A DNA stretch of 64,000 nt from Marsupella aquatica (lineage: Eukaryota > Plantae > Marchantiophyta), in NCBI GenBank assembly GCA_973895155.1, contig OZ316898.1, forward strand, positions 9,698,186 to 9,762,185, read 5' to 3'. The position numbers and the translations under genes were made by a program. The notes below the pieces were generated by a model. The model saw nothing but the letters and a program-made list of their open reading frames with translations. It had not been told where the DNA came from and did not search any database. Numbering within the stretch: the stretch's first letter is position 1; every line of letters begins with the position of its first letter. Positions 12,150 through 25,030 of this stretch are shown one piece after another.

Positions 12150-13400
12150 AAAGTTACTGTCCATGACCACAAATTTGATCCAACTTGGCAGAGGACACAA
12201 AGTCCATGATTCTACTTTAGTTGGGCAGCTTGCTCCAAGGTGGTTTCCCTTCAACAAATAAAGTATGGTTTAATGAAGAGGGATGGAGGGCAGACTCCAG
12301 AACTTTGTAAGACTAAGATACACACGAGACACTGTGGAGAGGAAAGCCTGTAGGAGGAGAGAACTCAGAATCATTCTAAGAAAGTTACTGTCCATGACCA
12401 CAATTTGACAAACTTGGGAGTGGACATAAAGTCCATGATTCCATTCTAGTTGTCCAGCGTGCTCAAAGGTGCTTTCACTTTGACCAAATAAAATCCATGC
12501 GAGGTTTAATGAAGAGGGATTGGCACAAACAGTGAAGGTCTTATAAGTGCACACTCAGGAACTTTGTTCCATAAATTAAGATACACATGGGACAATGTGA
12601 AGAGGAATGCCTGGAGGGGAAAGAGAACTCCAGAGTTATTTGAAAAATGGTTCATGACCACAATTTTGATAAACTTGGGAACATAAAGTCCACGATTGCA
12701 TTCTGGTTGTCCAACTTGCTCGAAGGTGGGTTCCCTTTGACCAAATAAAGCCCATGAGAGGTTTAATGAAGTGGGATGGAAAACAGTGAAAGGTCCAATG
12801 AATCCAAAAAAAAAAGACACATACGCTACAATGTGGAGAAGAAAGCCTGGAGGAGGAAGAGAACTCCAGAAGCATCCTGAAAGGAGGTCCATGACCACAA
12901 TTTTGATAAACTTGGGACTGGACTCCATGATTGAAATATAGTTGGGCAGCTTGCTCAAAGGTGGATTCCCTTTCACTGAACAAATAAAGTCAATGAGGTT
13001 TAATGGGGAGGGAGGGACACAAACAGTGAAAGGTCTTATGAGTCCAATCAAATAAGATACACATGAGGCAATGTGGAGAGGAAAGGCTGGAGGAGGAAGA
13101 GAACTCGAGAATCATCCTGAAAGAAGGTTCATGACCACAATTTTGACAAATTGGGGAGTGGACTGCATTAAATTATAGTTAGGCAGCTTGCTCAAAGGTG
13201 GTTTCAAAGGGAGGGGGGGGGGGGGGGGGAAGAAGGTGGTTTCACCTTTCATTGAACAAACAAAGCCTTGAGGCTTAATGGGGAGGGATAGACACAAAGG
13301 GTGAAAGGTCTTCAGAGCTTTGTTCCAATCAAATAAGACACACATGGGACAATGGGGAGAGGAAAGCCCGGAGGAGGAAAGAGAATTCTAGAATCATCTG
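12150..13400. repeat. ~240-bp tandem satellite, ~5 copies
   Basis: Units recur near 12150, 12381, 12645, 12880 and 13120 (catgaccacaattttga...cttgctcaaaggtgg...aagatacac...ggaaagcctggaggagg). The last unit has a poly-G insertion at ~13208-13229. Confidence 0.9.
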
Positions 13401-14829
13401 GAACGACTGGAATCTGAAATCAAGAGCCTTTATTGACAGCATTTCCATGTGTGTGTGTTTGTTTTTGCTTCTTTTCGTTGGGACATCTCTATCTTGGATT
13501 TTCTGCTCTCCATGATTTGATCTTTTGCTTTGCCTTGACTTGCAAAGAAGATCCGCTCATCGTAGAAAATCCATGTTTCCCCTTTTTTTTCTTTGGCTTT
13601 TGAGTTGTGTCCCTCCCTTTACCCAAAAGGGGGAAAATACTACTTATAGATCTCTTCTTTTATTAAAGTTTTCCGTAAACTCTGGCATCAAGGGCAAGTG
13701 GACTTCAGTTCCCCTAAAAGTGAAGGGAAAACTCATAATTCTCCCCTCACTCTACACAGGGTGAGATGGAGGTAAAACCTTTTTTTGCTGCTGGCAAGGT
13801 CATTGCGCGCATGTCACCTTAAGTTTTATGAGGGACTCAATATGCCCGCATGAGGGCCAGGCTAGTGCACGGATAATCTTCTCAATAAAGTACCTATATA
13901 GAACATAAGTATAGGTTTTTTTTATTAAGTTTAGTGGAAAAATTATTAGGGCCACAGTGAGTGCAGCGTGCATTTCATGGTCAAAATTTGAGCATTTATG
14001 TTTGTGGAGGAGGCTCTATATGAAACTCATCAATGTGCCCCAAAAGGGATTTTGAGTGTCCTTTTGGCCCCAGAATTTACAGAAAACTCTATTGTGTCTT
14101 ACACCCCATCTATGACTTGCATCTACCCCTTACTTGGGCTCTTACCAGACTACCATAGTACCATCTTGGTCAGTGGGTTAATTAACTATTAAAAGAATTA
14201 TTCTGGCTAACAAAATACTTTGCGGTCCTTGTGAGACCAGGAAAGAATTTTAGATTATAGTGATGGTCATGCTGTAGACAGTGACTTTTCAATATATACA
14301 TTGTTTTGAGAATTACAAAATGAAAACTAATTAATATTCCCGTCTTCCTTGGACGAGGATGACAGTAGGGTAACTAATAAATAGAAGACCTGCCGAGAAA
14401 GAAAAGCCATGAACAACGCGAATCTCTGACGGTTTTCCAAACAATAAATTAAATAGGTTTTATTATCGGGAAAGAAAACGTTTCCTTCAAGGGGAAAAAG
14501 AATCAAGAGGAATGCGGGTCTTTGCGGCTTTGGGCAGACTTCGTTGCCCGCACGACAGATCGTTTTTCTGTTCAGGTACCCACACCGTACTTTCGTAGAG
14601 GTACGATTGTCAGTACTCCGTACCCGGTCAGGGCCTGCACGGATGTACCCCCTACCTGCATGACTGCACCCCCCTGCCCTGCCCTGCCCAGAGTTTTCAG
14701 TGACGGACCCGGTGACGGCTGCACCTAAACCCTACCCTGCCCTGCATAAAGCTTTCCTGGGCTGGCCCGGTGACCCATCTAAAGTGTTCACGCAGATGGT
14801 GTTAACTAGTGCAATAAGCGTAAGTATCA

Positions 14830-14925
14830 TTATTGGTGTTATTTGAGGCCCAAATACTCAGCACTCGCAAATTAGTGTAATTGAGACCCAAATCAGTAGC
14901 ACTAGCAAATTAGTGTTACTTAGAG
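14830..14925. repeat. ~38-bp tandem repeat, ~2.5 copies
   Basis: attagtgtaattgagacccaaatcagtagcactagcaa-like units. Confidence 0.65.
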
Positions 14926-15845
14926 TAGTGGTCTCGGCCCTGCCATTGACCAGAGCATTTAAATACTTCCCAATTTCGAGCAATCAGATGATTCTTTGAG
15001 TGTGTGGAAGGATTTTTCATTCAAAGAATCATGTTACATTCAAAAGAATGCCACTTAAACACTATTTGGGTGGTAACAGAGTATTTCAGGAGTACAATTT
15101 TCACTGCGATTAGTCTTGGTAGCACTGTTTATGTAAGTTGCATTAGTTTAGTAATAATTCTGTTCATGCATATCACTATTTTGGAGAGCAACAAGTAGTA
15201 CTAATTCCATTTGTGCATAACAATATTTGGAGAGTTACATAGCCCCATAGCAATCAAGGGATCAAAGACTAGTGTTTCATTCAAGCAATGGAGTGTTCCA
15301 ATGCACAGATATGAAGGCTAATAATGGGGTCTCAAACCTCAAAACTTGATAGACCCTCACTAGTTGGAGCTATGGGAAAACAGTGATGGACTACCAAATC
15401 CATGATCCATAACTTTTTGCCATAAAGATTGGTCATATGCCATGACTGCAAGTCACTTTAAATTCTAGTAAAAAAATATTGTTTTAAATATAACCCTTTG
15501 AAAAACCCATGGCCAAAAGTCATCATCTGTAATCTAAAGCTGTGAGATGCCTTATTCGAACACCTTTGACAGCCATGGAACACAGCCTGTTTCACTCTCT
15601 TTGAACCACTAGAAAAATAAGTAATACAGAGCCTCAACAAGGCTCACTAATTGCCAAACAATGGTAGCACAAATCAAGAGCAGGACTTGACAAATATGAA
15701 TTGCTCTCTTTCATGGACTTCCAATCCCAAATATTCAGCCCCAAAACCGACCACAATTAGAATTATTTTGTATTCAAACCTGCCGCACTCTTAAAATACT
15801 ATAACCAACATTTACTAGGGATTTTAACTAATTCTGAGGTGCAGA

Positions 15846-16105
15846 CTAATTATGGTGAATAGTGTAGAGTTGGACTTCGAGTCAATCTGCTCTTAAATTA
15901 GCATTGCCAACATTAACAAGGGATAAACATTAACTCAACAATAAAGACCAATTACAATGAACAGTATAGAGAATTTGCTCTTTGGGTCTATCCGCTCTTA
16001 AGTTAATGTTGCCAACATCATTTAGAGATAAGCACTAACTCATAGATATAGATCAATTACATGAATAGTGGAGAGAGTTTGCTCTTCGAGTTTATTAGCT
16101 CTGAT
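15846..16105. repeat. ~104-bp tandem repeat, ~2.5 copies
   Basis: aattac.tgaa.agt..agag..tt.gctctt...ttgccaacat...gataa.ca.taactca recurs near 15848, 15950 and 16054. Confidence 0.75.
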
Positions 16106-17894
16106 TAACTAAATTAGAGTCAAGTACACTAATTACTCTAAAGTCAAATTCAAGTCTAATTGTGAATTGAAGACCGATTACACTATTACAGTGACAAGTG
16201 CAAGGAGTTTGTCCTTCAGGTCTATCCGGTCCGCTTTTGGAAACCCGTGCAACCCTAGCAAGGGAATTTTATCAGAAGTGGGCACAACAGACGGGATAAC
16301 TAATCGAGACAGGGAAAAGGGATCAGGGACTGTTGATTGTTTTTGTTTCTGCCCGCGGGCAGGGGTGCAGGACTGAGCAGGACCTATACCTGCTGTACGG
16401 GAGAGGATCTAGACTAACTGCAGTTTACAGTACGGGGTGAAATGGAGTATGATCCATACGACTCGACAAGTTTTTTCAACAGTTTTTTGCTTTCGTATTG
16501 ACCGTGGTGGGTGCCCACTGCCCAGGGAGGACTCGACAAGTTTTTGCTCAGTTCTTCCTCTTCTTTTTCGTTTGTGACCGGGGTGGGTGCCCAGTGCCCA
16601 GAGAGGACGAGTCGACGACGTGCTGTTCGGACTACACTTTGTTTTGTTGCTGTAAAGGGCAGACAGAGTGGGCACTGGGCAGGTAGGCGGGTATCCCGGT
16701 CAGGGGGCGGGGCAGGCAGGCACGCCAGCATGTTCGAGCGAATGGTTGCGAGGGGAACGACGGACAGCTAGACAGGTGGAGCTACTTGGCAGCTCGTCAT
16801 TCGTGACGTGATCAGCCCTTTGTTTTCTCTTTTACCGTACTCTCGGTTTACGCAACAACAAATACTTATTAAATTTTGGAAAGTGAGATAGACACTGACG
16901 TTTCAGACTTTCAGTGTAAGCATTATTTCTAAATTAAAAGTAGAATCATCATTTGGACTTGGGTTAAGGGATTAATTTGTTTTTTAATGTTTTTGAGAAA
17001 ATCTAGAAACTCACTTAGGCAAATATTCAGCTGGGCATGGCGCGGTTTGTTCTTCCTATCCTCATGGACACAGTAGGTCACTTTTGTTAAGGACCCCACA
17101 AATGGTTATGCACCCCAACGACCCATAAATTATTGGTCTTTGTCAAACTTGTGCATGTATTATCTCCAACTCTCTAAATTATTCTACATATCTATATATA
17201 TTTGACTTTTGACTGTATTCTTTATTTCTAAAATTGCAAAAAAGAAACAAGAGAATGATGGTGGCCTTGTGGAAAGGGTTGAATTAATTCACTTTTAAAG
17301 ATATAGGAAAATTTATGATTTCCCTATGCTATAATTTGAAATGTAAGAATATAAGGGTTTGGCATGGGGCCTGCATGAACCTGGTTGTCCTTATTTGTAC
17401 TACCATCGGGGCTTGAGTGGACCTATATCTATTTGCAATCTAACAGTAGGGGGACTAGATTTTGCAACTTCAAGTGAAAAGCAGGTCCATGACCAAAGAA
17501 CAATTGTAGACTGACGGACAGTCTCCCCTGTATTTTATACTATCACTTGCTCTTATTTTCTTGTACATTTGTAAATATTCCAGACAACCTTACCCTATGA
17601 TACCAGACCAAATTTTGGAATCCCACCCCTATTACTTCACTTCCTTCAGTCAATCTTTGTCTGTGTTCAACTTGGGCACAGGAAAAATCGGGGGGCAAAA
17701 ATTGGCTGGAACTGGGGGCCAGGCCTGCGCAATTGCCGTGGGTAATTGCAAAGTGTATAACTTTACTGCATTTTGGAAGCAATGCCATAAGTAGGGTGGG
17801 TAAATTCTACCAATTGGTCATGACTGGGACTGCCCATATGGCCATCAGCCTATTCTTAAGTTTCCCCTTTGTTTCTGTTAGGTATTTACTATTA

Positions 17895-18230
17895 TGTCTA
17901 GGGTTACAACATGTAACCGTAGTTAGGTTAACTGTGGTCAAAGATGTGATTAGGTTAACAAAGTTGCACACTATATCCTAAACAATGCTTGCTAGGATAA
18001 GTGGAACTTACTAAGGCTCATTGTTACGGAGCCACTTGAGATATGAGGAAAGCTTACACTATGGAGACTTGGTATAGCCGACGGACTTACCGTTTAGTAA
18101 AGGTCTCTTGTGTGTTCCCGTGGACGTAACCTTGAGGAGTTGAACCACGTATCTCGTGTGTCGACTATTTGCACGTCGGATGTGTCATGTGCTTACAGTT
18201 GCGATTATCATCTATGCTCAAGAGTTCCCA
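17895..18230 (+). mobile_element. Solo LTR, Copia-like
   Basis: Starts tgtctagggtt...ttaggttaact, like the 867-1199 LTR. Contains gtggacgtaacc...gaaccacgta. Ends ...ccca with near-TSD tatta/tattt. The 3' end could instead be 18244. Confidence 0.55.
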
Positions 18231-19458
18231 TATTTTAGCCTTCAATAAGAAATGTAACCCTGGGTGAGTTGATCATGGTTATGGCACCTGCTTAAGGTCA
18301 ACTTCATTTCAATTTTAGGGTCAACTAGTCAGGGTTCAAAGGGAGGATAATTACCCCGCTTTGCCCAAGGGCAATGGGCATCCAGCTTTGACAAGGGGAC
18401 AATCTTTCCAATATTTAAAAGTAAAACTAAACCCAGTCTTACCTCCCCTCCTGTACCCTTCATTTGGTTCACCGTTTTAGTGAAATATGTTTAACACATA
18501 AAACATGTGTAAAGTTTAATGGACATACCCTTTAATTCAAGTCTTGTGTAAGACATCTGGTAAAATTTGCCAACATTAGAGTTGTCCCTGTGGGCACTCT
18601 CTTTTTGGCACCCCTTTTGTAACCTGAATTGTGATATAATGTCTTGTCTGCAGCGCTGTTGTAATGAAAACTCACTTGAGACAACAAAAAATGGGAGAGA
18701 TCTGGGGAGAGATTAGGGATGAATATCGTGATTGTCACTTTCAAAGTTTTGTTACCACTTTAGTTTCAAGAAGAGGTGGGAGCAGCATATCTTGTAAGTG
18801 CAAAAATTGCCAAATCCCACCGCACTGAAAATTACCTTTGTTTTTGGTCTTCATTAGCCAGTCTCCCACCAAGCCACAGACCCCTTTGGCCCAGAATCTG
18901 ACAATTACCCTTAAAGCACAGGAGATCTAACGGTCAGAATCTTCTATTGCACACCAACTGACATCCTCCACTGTGGCACCTCTTACAAGACTACACTGGG
19001 TGAGAGGGCTCAAAGGAACTCTTATTAACTCAGTCTTATCATCGGGGCATTTGTTCATTCTTGGACCCAAGTGCTTAACCCTGGTTACTTTTAGTTTGGT
19101 TTCTCTCTACACTATTCAGAGAAAAAAAAAGTTAAAAGAAAGGAAACGAAGGAAGAAAAAAAAATACTTATTCCCACACCAGACTCGAGTTTTTTTTTGC
19201 TCCTTTCATGTGCACCCGGGCAGGAGGTGGGTGCCCCTACCCAAAGAGTGGATAGAGCAAACCCCAAACAAAACACATCCCCCATGCTATGTGTCTGGCA
19301 TACCGACTACTCGGTTCGAACCCCGCCGTCTACCAGACTACTGACTGCGGTACAGTTCGTTACCTCTGGTTGAGAGGTTGGGCCTCGTTGGCAGGTGACC
19401 CAACTGCCGTTGGTGCCAGCGGTAGCAGGCGGGCCCGCGGGCAGGCGGCTGCTCTAGG

Positions 19459-20226
19459 GGCAGCCGCACCCGGAAGGTAGGACCTCGGGCAGCCTGCGGA
19501 ATAAATATGCCGGCCAGGTTTAATTTTATGCGAGGCTGTTTTTCCTGTTCTGTTTTTGTTCTTTTTGTTTTTATTTGATTCCATTCGAGGTCAGGGTTTC
19601 TTTTGGGTTTTCTCTTATTTTGCAAATGAGTCCGTCAAGGCTGGACCTGAACGACAAAAGTGCCCGGGTCTCCAGGTACTACAGTACTAATAACATGTTA
19701 CCCACTTATAATTGCCTCAAGTCTACTCTTATAGCCCCCTAAAAAGACTAAAAAGGACAACATATTCCAACCCCAACAGACCTTCCCCTCTGCCCCAAAT
19801 AGATTTTTGACGGATACAGACCGGAGTGTTTTTACGTTCTCGCCAGGCAGCCCCACGTGGAAGGTAGGACATCGGGCAGCCTGCATAATAACGATACCGG
19901 TCAGGTTTAATTTTATGTGAGGCTGATTTTTCTGTTTTTGTTCTTTTTGTTCTTTTTGTTTTTACTTGATTCCATTAGAGGTGGGTTTCTTTTGGGTTTC
20001 TCTTATTTTGCAAATGAGCCCGTCAGGGCAGGGGCCGAACGAACAAAAGTGCCCGGGTCTCCAGGTACTACAGTACTAATAACATGTATTCGATTTTAAT
20101 GGCCTAAAGTCTACTCTTGTAGCCCCCTAAAAAGGACAACATATTCCATCCCAACAGACTTTTCCCTCTGTCCCCAAATAGATTTTGACTGATACAGACC
20201 GGAGTGGTTTTTTCTTTCTCGCCAGG
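19459..20226. repeat. 387-bp tandem duplication
   Basis: Copies start at 19459 and 19846 and share long identical blocks, e.g. caaaagtgcccgggtctccaggtactacagtactaataacatgt. Confidence 0.92.
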
Positions 20227-21019
20227 GTGGCGAATGCGACTTTGTGTCCAGGAGAAGATGCGAAGATTTTTTTTCTTCTACTTTTCTTCGATTAATTTTC
20301 GACCACAAGATCTCCCTAGCTTTATGGCTGACCATCAGATTCAGGCTAATGGGGTGCGTGCCCAGCTTGGAATCTGGATAATAGAAGATACAACACGTGG
20401 CTATTTTTTTGGTCAAAAGTGGGCGAAGACTTTCATTGAAAGGAATTTGACCAAAAAAAAATGTCACTAGAAAAACAGCGGATCTAGACTTCTATGGTCT
20501 AGGGTTATAGTCTGCACTACAATACAACCCTGGTTGACAACTTGGTCAATTATTGGAGTCACCTTAAAGTGTAAGTTGAAATACTTTTACTGTTTTATAA
20601 ACCAAAGTCAACTTTGATGTCATTTGAAGTTGATCTCGAATAGCTTTTGGTGGGAGACTGGGGAGTCTTAAGCTTGGTCAATGGTATTGATCTTGGAAAT
20701 TCTAGATTCCCAAGCATAACCGCATACAAAAATTGCCTCCCAGTCATGGAACTATTTTTTGCTATAACAACAAGATTTTGAGAAAAGAGAGGCCAATAGT
20801 CATTGGATCACTCATGTCATGTAAGTACCTGTTAGTTTTTGCTCTGAAAGCCTAAAGTAGACCCATCCAACAGAAGCTAGACGTTTTACTTTGGAGTACG
20901 CACCATGTAAGCAAATGTTCAGGTAACGAGCAATGAGAGTGGATGGTAGCAGCTGTTCACATATATTTGGCCTGGCAATGGATGTTCTGTTAGACCATCT
21001 ACACCAACCACAACCAAAA

Positions 21020-21290
21020 CCACAATGGGCACCCAAGAGCTATTTTCTTATGGGCTTTGGCACTTGGTAATGACCAACTTAATTTGTACATTTTCTTTAC
21101 TAACCACCACCAAAACAAGAAAGGGCACCCAAGGGGCTAGTGTCTTCTTATGGGCTTGGGGCACTTGCACATGACCAGCGTAATTTGTACACTCTATACT
21201 AACCCACTCCCCGCCCCCCCTTACACAAAAAGAAGCACCCAAGGGGATACATTCTTATGGGTTTGGGCAGTTGCTAATGACTAACGTACT
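21020..21290. repeat. ~100-110-bp tandem repeat, 3 copies
   Basis: gcacccaag...ttcttatggg.tt.ggca.ttg...atgac recurs three times. Confidence 0.75.
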
Positions 21291-21429
21291 AACTAAGGAT
21301 GATGGTGGAGTATCTCTACACTGCCAAAATTAAACTAGCAACGATTTGCTATTAAAATTGGCCAAGTACCTGTTGCCTGCTGAAAGCATGAGTTCGCTTC
21401 CCATCCTTGCCCAACAGATGCTTCTAGCT

Positions 21430-22686
21430 ACACTCTTTACAATATTTAGTCTCACACACTCTAATTACTGTGAGGTTATATTTGAGGTAAGTGACGGTAA
21501 TTAGGGTGTGTGACACTAATATGGTATGACATTAATTGTGGTCACAAGTCAAATAGTGTCACACACACTTAAGTTACAAATAGAATGGACAATAGTCAAA
21601 ATTTGCTTATAATGCTTTTTAAAATGTGCACAATATTTTATTACATTTTACAAAATTTACTACCCAAACATTGAGAAAACTTCAGGAACTTATAACTCCT
21701 TCCATATACCACTCAAACATTGAGAAAACTTCAGAAATTTATAACTCCTCACATAGCACAAAATTGCAGTTTGGGGTACTTAACCACATTGAACAAACAA
21801 GATTTGTTTGAGTCACTTTTATCAACTATAAATAACACATGCTCTCTCACATAAGCTACAAACTAACATCCATTTCACTCTCCTACAACCTGCCCCCTGT
21901 ATCTCATCATTGCAAGAAGGCATACAGTCCCAAGAGAAGTGGGTTGAGCTGACTCTTCACCTGGTTCACCAACATCAGGAGCCACTTCAACAGTAGCATC
22001 AATGTCAAGGCCAACTCCACTCCCTTCAATACTTCGCTATGATATTCTGAAGCTCAGGTGTAAGTTTATTTTCACACTATACACCATTGACATTAAGAGA
22101 CACGCCGGTGTTTATTATTGTATTTTGTGCATAAGACATGCCATGTTTGTCAACAGAATTGTTCACCTCAGCTACAGAGTCACTTGCCAATGTCAAAAAC
22201 CAATGTTTTCCTGGATTTATCAATTTCCTAGATATGCCCCATGTCCCAGTCCCCACATTTTTTGAAATGCAGCGAGGATAAGCCAAAGATGCAGATTAAT
22301 TACCAGTGACATTTTGACAAAGTCTTGATTCTCTTTCCCTTGCTCTAGCAAATCCAGCCATGATGGCCAATCCATTCCCGCCATGTTATCAATCTGTGAA
22401 CCTCCTTTCACAAAGACGGACAAACTAAAACACAAAGAAACTTTCTAAGAACATACACACAAAGAGATATCATTGGTAATCTGGATAACTTTGGAGTGGG
22501 TCCAGTTTAGGTTACCACCAATAACGTTGTCACCCCTACTTATCAATATAATTCAATATGTTAATTAATTTTTTTAAAAATTAGGGGTGGCAGTAAATAG
22601 TGTCACTTGGCTGAAAATCAAGCGTTACCCCTAATTAGTGTTTGTGACACTAATTGTTTCGTGACACAAAATACTGTAAAGAGTGT
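21430..22686 (-). mobile_element. TIR DNA transposon derivative with a decayed transposase-like C-terminal remnant
   Basis: Terminal inverted repeats acactctttacaatattt (21430-21447) and aaatactgtaaagagtgt (22669-22686) match 17/18 and extend to ~26 bp. Subterminal GTGTCAC/GTGACAC motifs occur at both ends. The internal minus-strand frame reads KLINPGKHWFLTLASDSVAEVN..DKHGMSYA..NVNGV*CENKLTPELQNIIAKY*, with stops that fit TGG>TAG and CGA>TGA changes. Confidence 0.75.
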
Positions 22687-23439
22687 CCGTGGTTAGCATG
22701 TACAAAAGTTTGGGCCTTCAATATCTTTTTACTTCATCTTAGCGATATACAGGGCAATGATTGACTTGATCAATCGTCACCATTTTTCATGCTTTTTATA
22801 ATTTTGTTTGCATTGCATAAGAGACGAGCTTAAAGCCCTCCATTCTCAGGGAACCAACACCTTGGATGCAAAGGGTGAACTTTCTCAGGATCCCTCAATT
22901 TAATTGTATGGACTACTTCTAAATTGAGCTGAGCGTGGACCCAGCCATGGACCCATGCTAAAAGTAGCCAAGCATTCACAGATGGTCATTACAGCAATTT
23001 TCTAGTGGGAAAATTTTGCTAGATTCCTCCTCTCTGAAATGTTTTTGCAAGTTTGATTTCGTAAAGAATTACTATGTGTTTTTGTCATCCATTAGCCAGT
23101 TTTCCCACCTAGCCACAGACCCCAGTAACTAGAATATAATGGCTATCTTTAAATCTTGGGATCTGACAATCATAAATAAATTTAGTAAAGTTGAATGAAG
23201 AATATACCAGCATCTTCTCCTTCACGTTAGGTGACATTTGCCATCCTGGCAAGAATGAAAAAAACTTGGCTAATTTAGCATGTACCCTAAATTGCCACAG
23301 CTGAACATTGAAGTGATCATGATCAGGTTGAGCCATGTGGGTCGAGTGGAGGAGGACAAACTGTTGTGTCTATGCCGAAGGCATGGGTTATAAGCTATTC
23401 AAGATTATCTCAATCCGTCCAAATTGGTCCTTCCAATTT

Positions 23440-23805
23440 GGGCTAAGGGGCTTCTTATCTTCATATTTGTCCTTGCCAATCTTTGCATGGTATGGGTTAA
23501 GGCTTTCAATCTTCATATTAGTCCATGCCAATTTTTGCCTGGGTATGGGGTAAAGGCTTCCAATCTTCATATTGGTCCGCGTCAATTTTGCATGGGTATG
23601 GGTTAAGGGCTTCCAATCTATACATTGGTCTGTGCCAATCTTTGCATGGGTATCGGGCTAAGGCTTCCAGTCTTTATATTAGTCCATGCTAATTTTTGCC
23701 TGAGTATGGGCTGAAGTCTTCCAAATCTACAAAATTGGTCTTTGCCAATTTTGCCTGCTCATGGGTTAAGGGGCTCCAATCTCCATATAAATTGGTCCGT
23801 TGCAA
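23440..23805. repeat. 53-bp minisatellite, ~7 copies
   Basis: Consensus approximately gggttaaggcttccaatcttcatattggtccatgccaatttttgcatgggtat. Confidence 0.9.
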
Positions 23806-24116
23806 GGTTTGGGTGGACGTGTGAACTAAGGACACCAGACTGCGCTAATTTCTATTGGCACAAAATTGTTCGATTCCACCTTGCCAAAAAGAATCTGCCA
23901 CTTGGCAAAAACTCGTTGTCTTTCAATAGTCAGTTTCACACCTGGCCACAGACCCCGTTAGCTGGAATCTATGGGTCATCTTAAATCCAGAGAGATCTGA
24001 GGGTCAAAAAATAATATAAGAAATACAGATAAAGAATATCCTTAACATTTGTCTTTCACAAAAGCTTACATAATGGCGAAAAAGGGGCAACCTTCAAGAT
24101 TACGCTGACGCCATTA

Positions 24117-24808
24117 ATGGGAGCGACCGGAGTACGCCTTTGGCAGTTCGTTCCCGCGGGCACGACATGGGGTGGCCCATGATCAGAAACCTCCAAATTG
24201 CGGACAACAGAAGTGGACCAGACGTTTTTTTTTCTGCCCGGAAACCAGGAATTGGAGGGACGGCTTTGCTTTCCCGTGCCCGCGGGCAGGACATGGGTGC
24301 CCACTGTGCCCGAATGAGCAGAAACCTCAAAGGTGCGACGAACGGGACGGGACCCATTTTTTCTATTATTATTGCTGCCCCGGCGCCAGGAAAGGGAGCG
24401 ACGACCCCTTTGTTTTGCGGTGCCCGCGGGCCGGACATGGGTGCCCGCAGCCCACGAATGAGGAGAAACCTCCAAAGTTGAGACGAACGGGACGGGGCCA
24501 GACTTTTCTCTTTCTGCCCGGACGCCAGGAATGGGAGCGACGACCATTTGTTTTGCGGTGCCCGCGGGCAGGACAGGGGTGCCCGCAGCCCACGAATGAG
24601 CAGAAACCTCAAAAGTTGAGACGAACGGGACGGGACAAGACTTTTCGATTGCTGCCCGGACGCCAAGAATGGGAGCGACGCCTTTGCTTTGCGATGCCCG
24701 CGGGTAGAACATGGGTGCCCGCAGCCCACGAATGAGCAGGCTCCTCAAAAGTTGAGACGAACGGGAGTACGGGACGGGGCCATTCCATGTTTCTCTCTTG
24801 CTGCCCGG
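24117..24808. repeat. GC-rich ~138-bp tandem repeat, 5 copies
   Basis: Unit anchors gggagcgac-like at 24119, ~24254, 24394, 24533 and 24671. The core is tgcccgcgggcaggacatgggtgcccgcagcccacgaatgag. The repeat explains the overlapping repetitive ORFs here. Confidence 0.92.
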
Positions 24809-25030
24809 GCTGAGTAGGCTTTCGGCCTACATGGCCCGCAAGCTGAGTAGGCCGAAAGCATCGGGAGCAAGCTGGGTGCTTATTTCCGGTGCCCGGGTGA
24901 GGAGAGCATAAATAAGAGGGCGAAGGACGGAGAAAAAGGGTAAAGTACGAAAGACAGCATTTCGCCAGTACTTTGTACAGGACCACTCTCTGTAGCGGAG
25001 GCGTAATCGTAGTAAAACACGGCGAGTCCG

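Noticed and set aside
12270-13345. Hydrophobic minus-strand ORFs with repeated KIVVMD/N motifs
   Set aside because: They are products of the ~240-bp satellite, and the frames shift between units.
23440-24808. Regularly spaced repeats superficially like a CRISPR array
   Set aside because: The units repeat in full with no unique spacers, there are no cas genes, and the context is eukaryotic.
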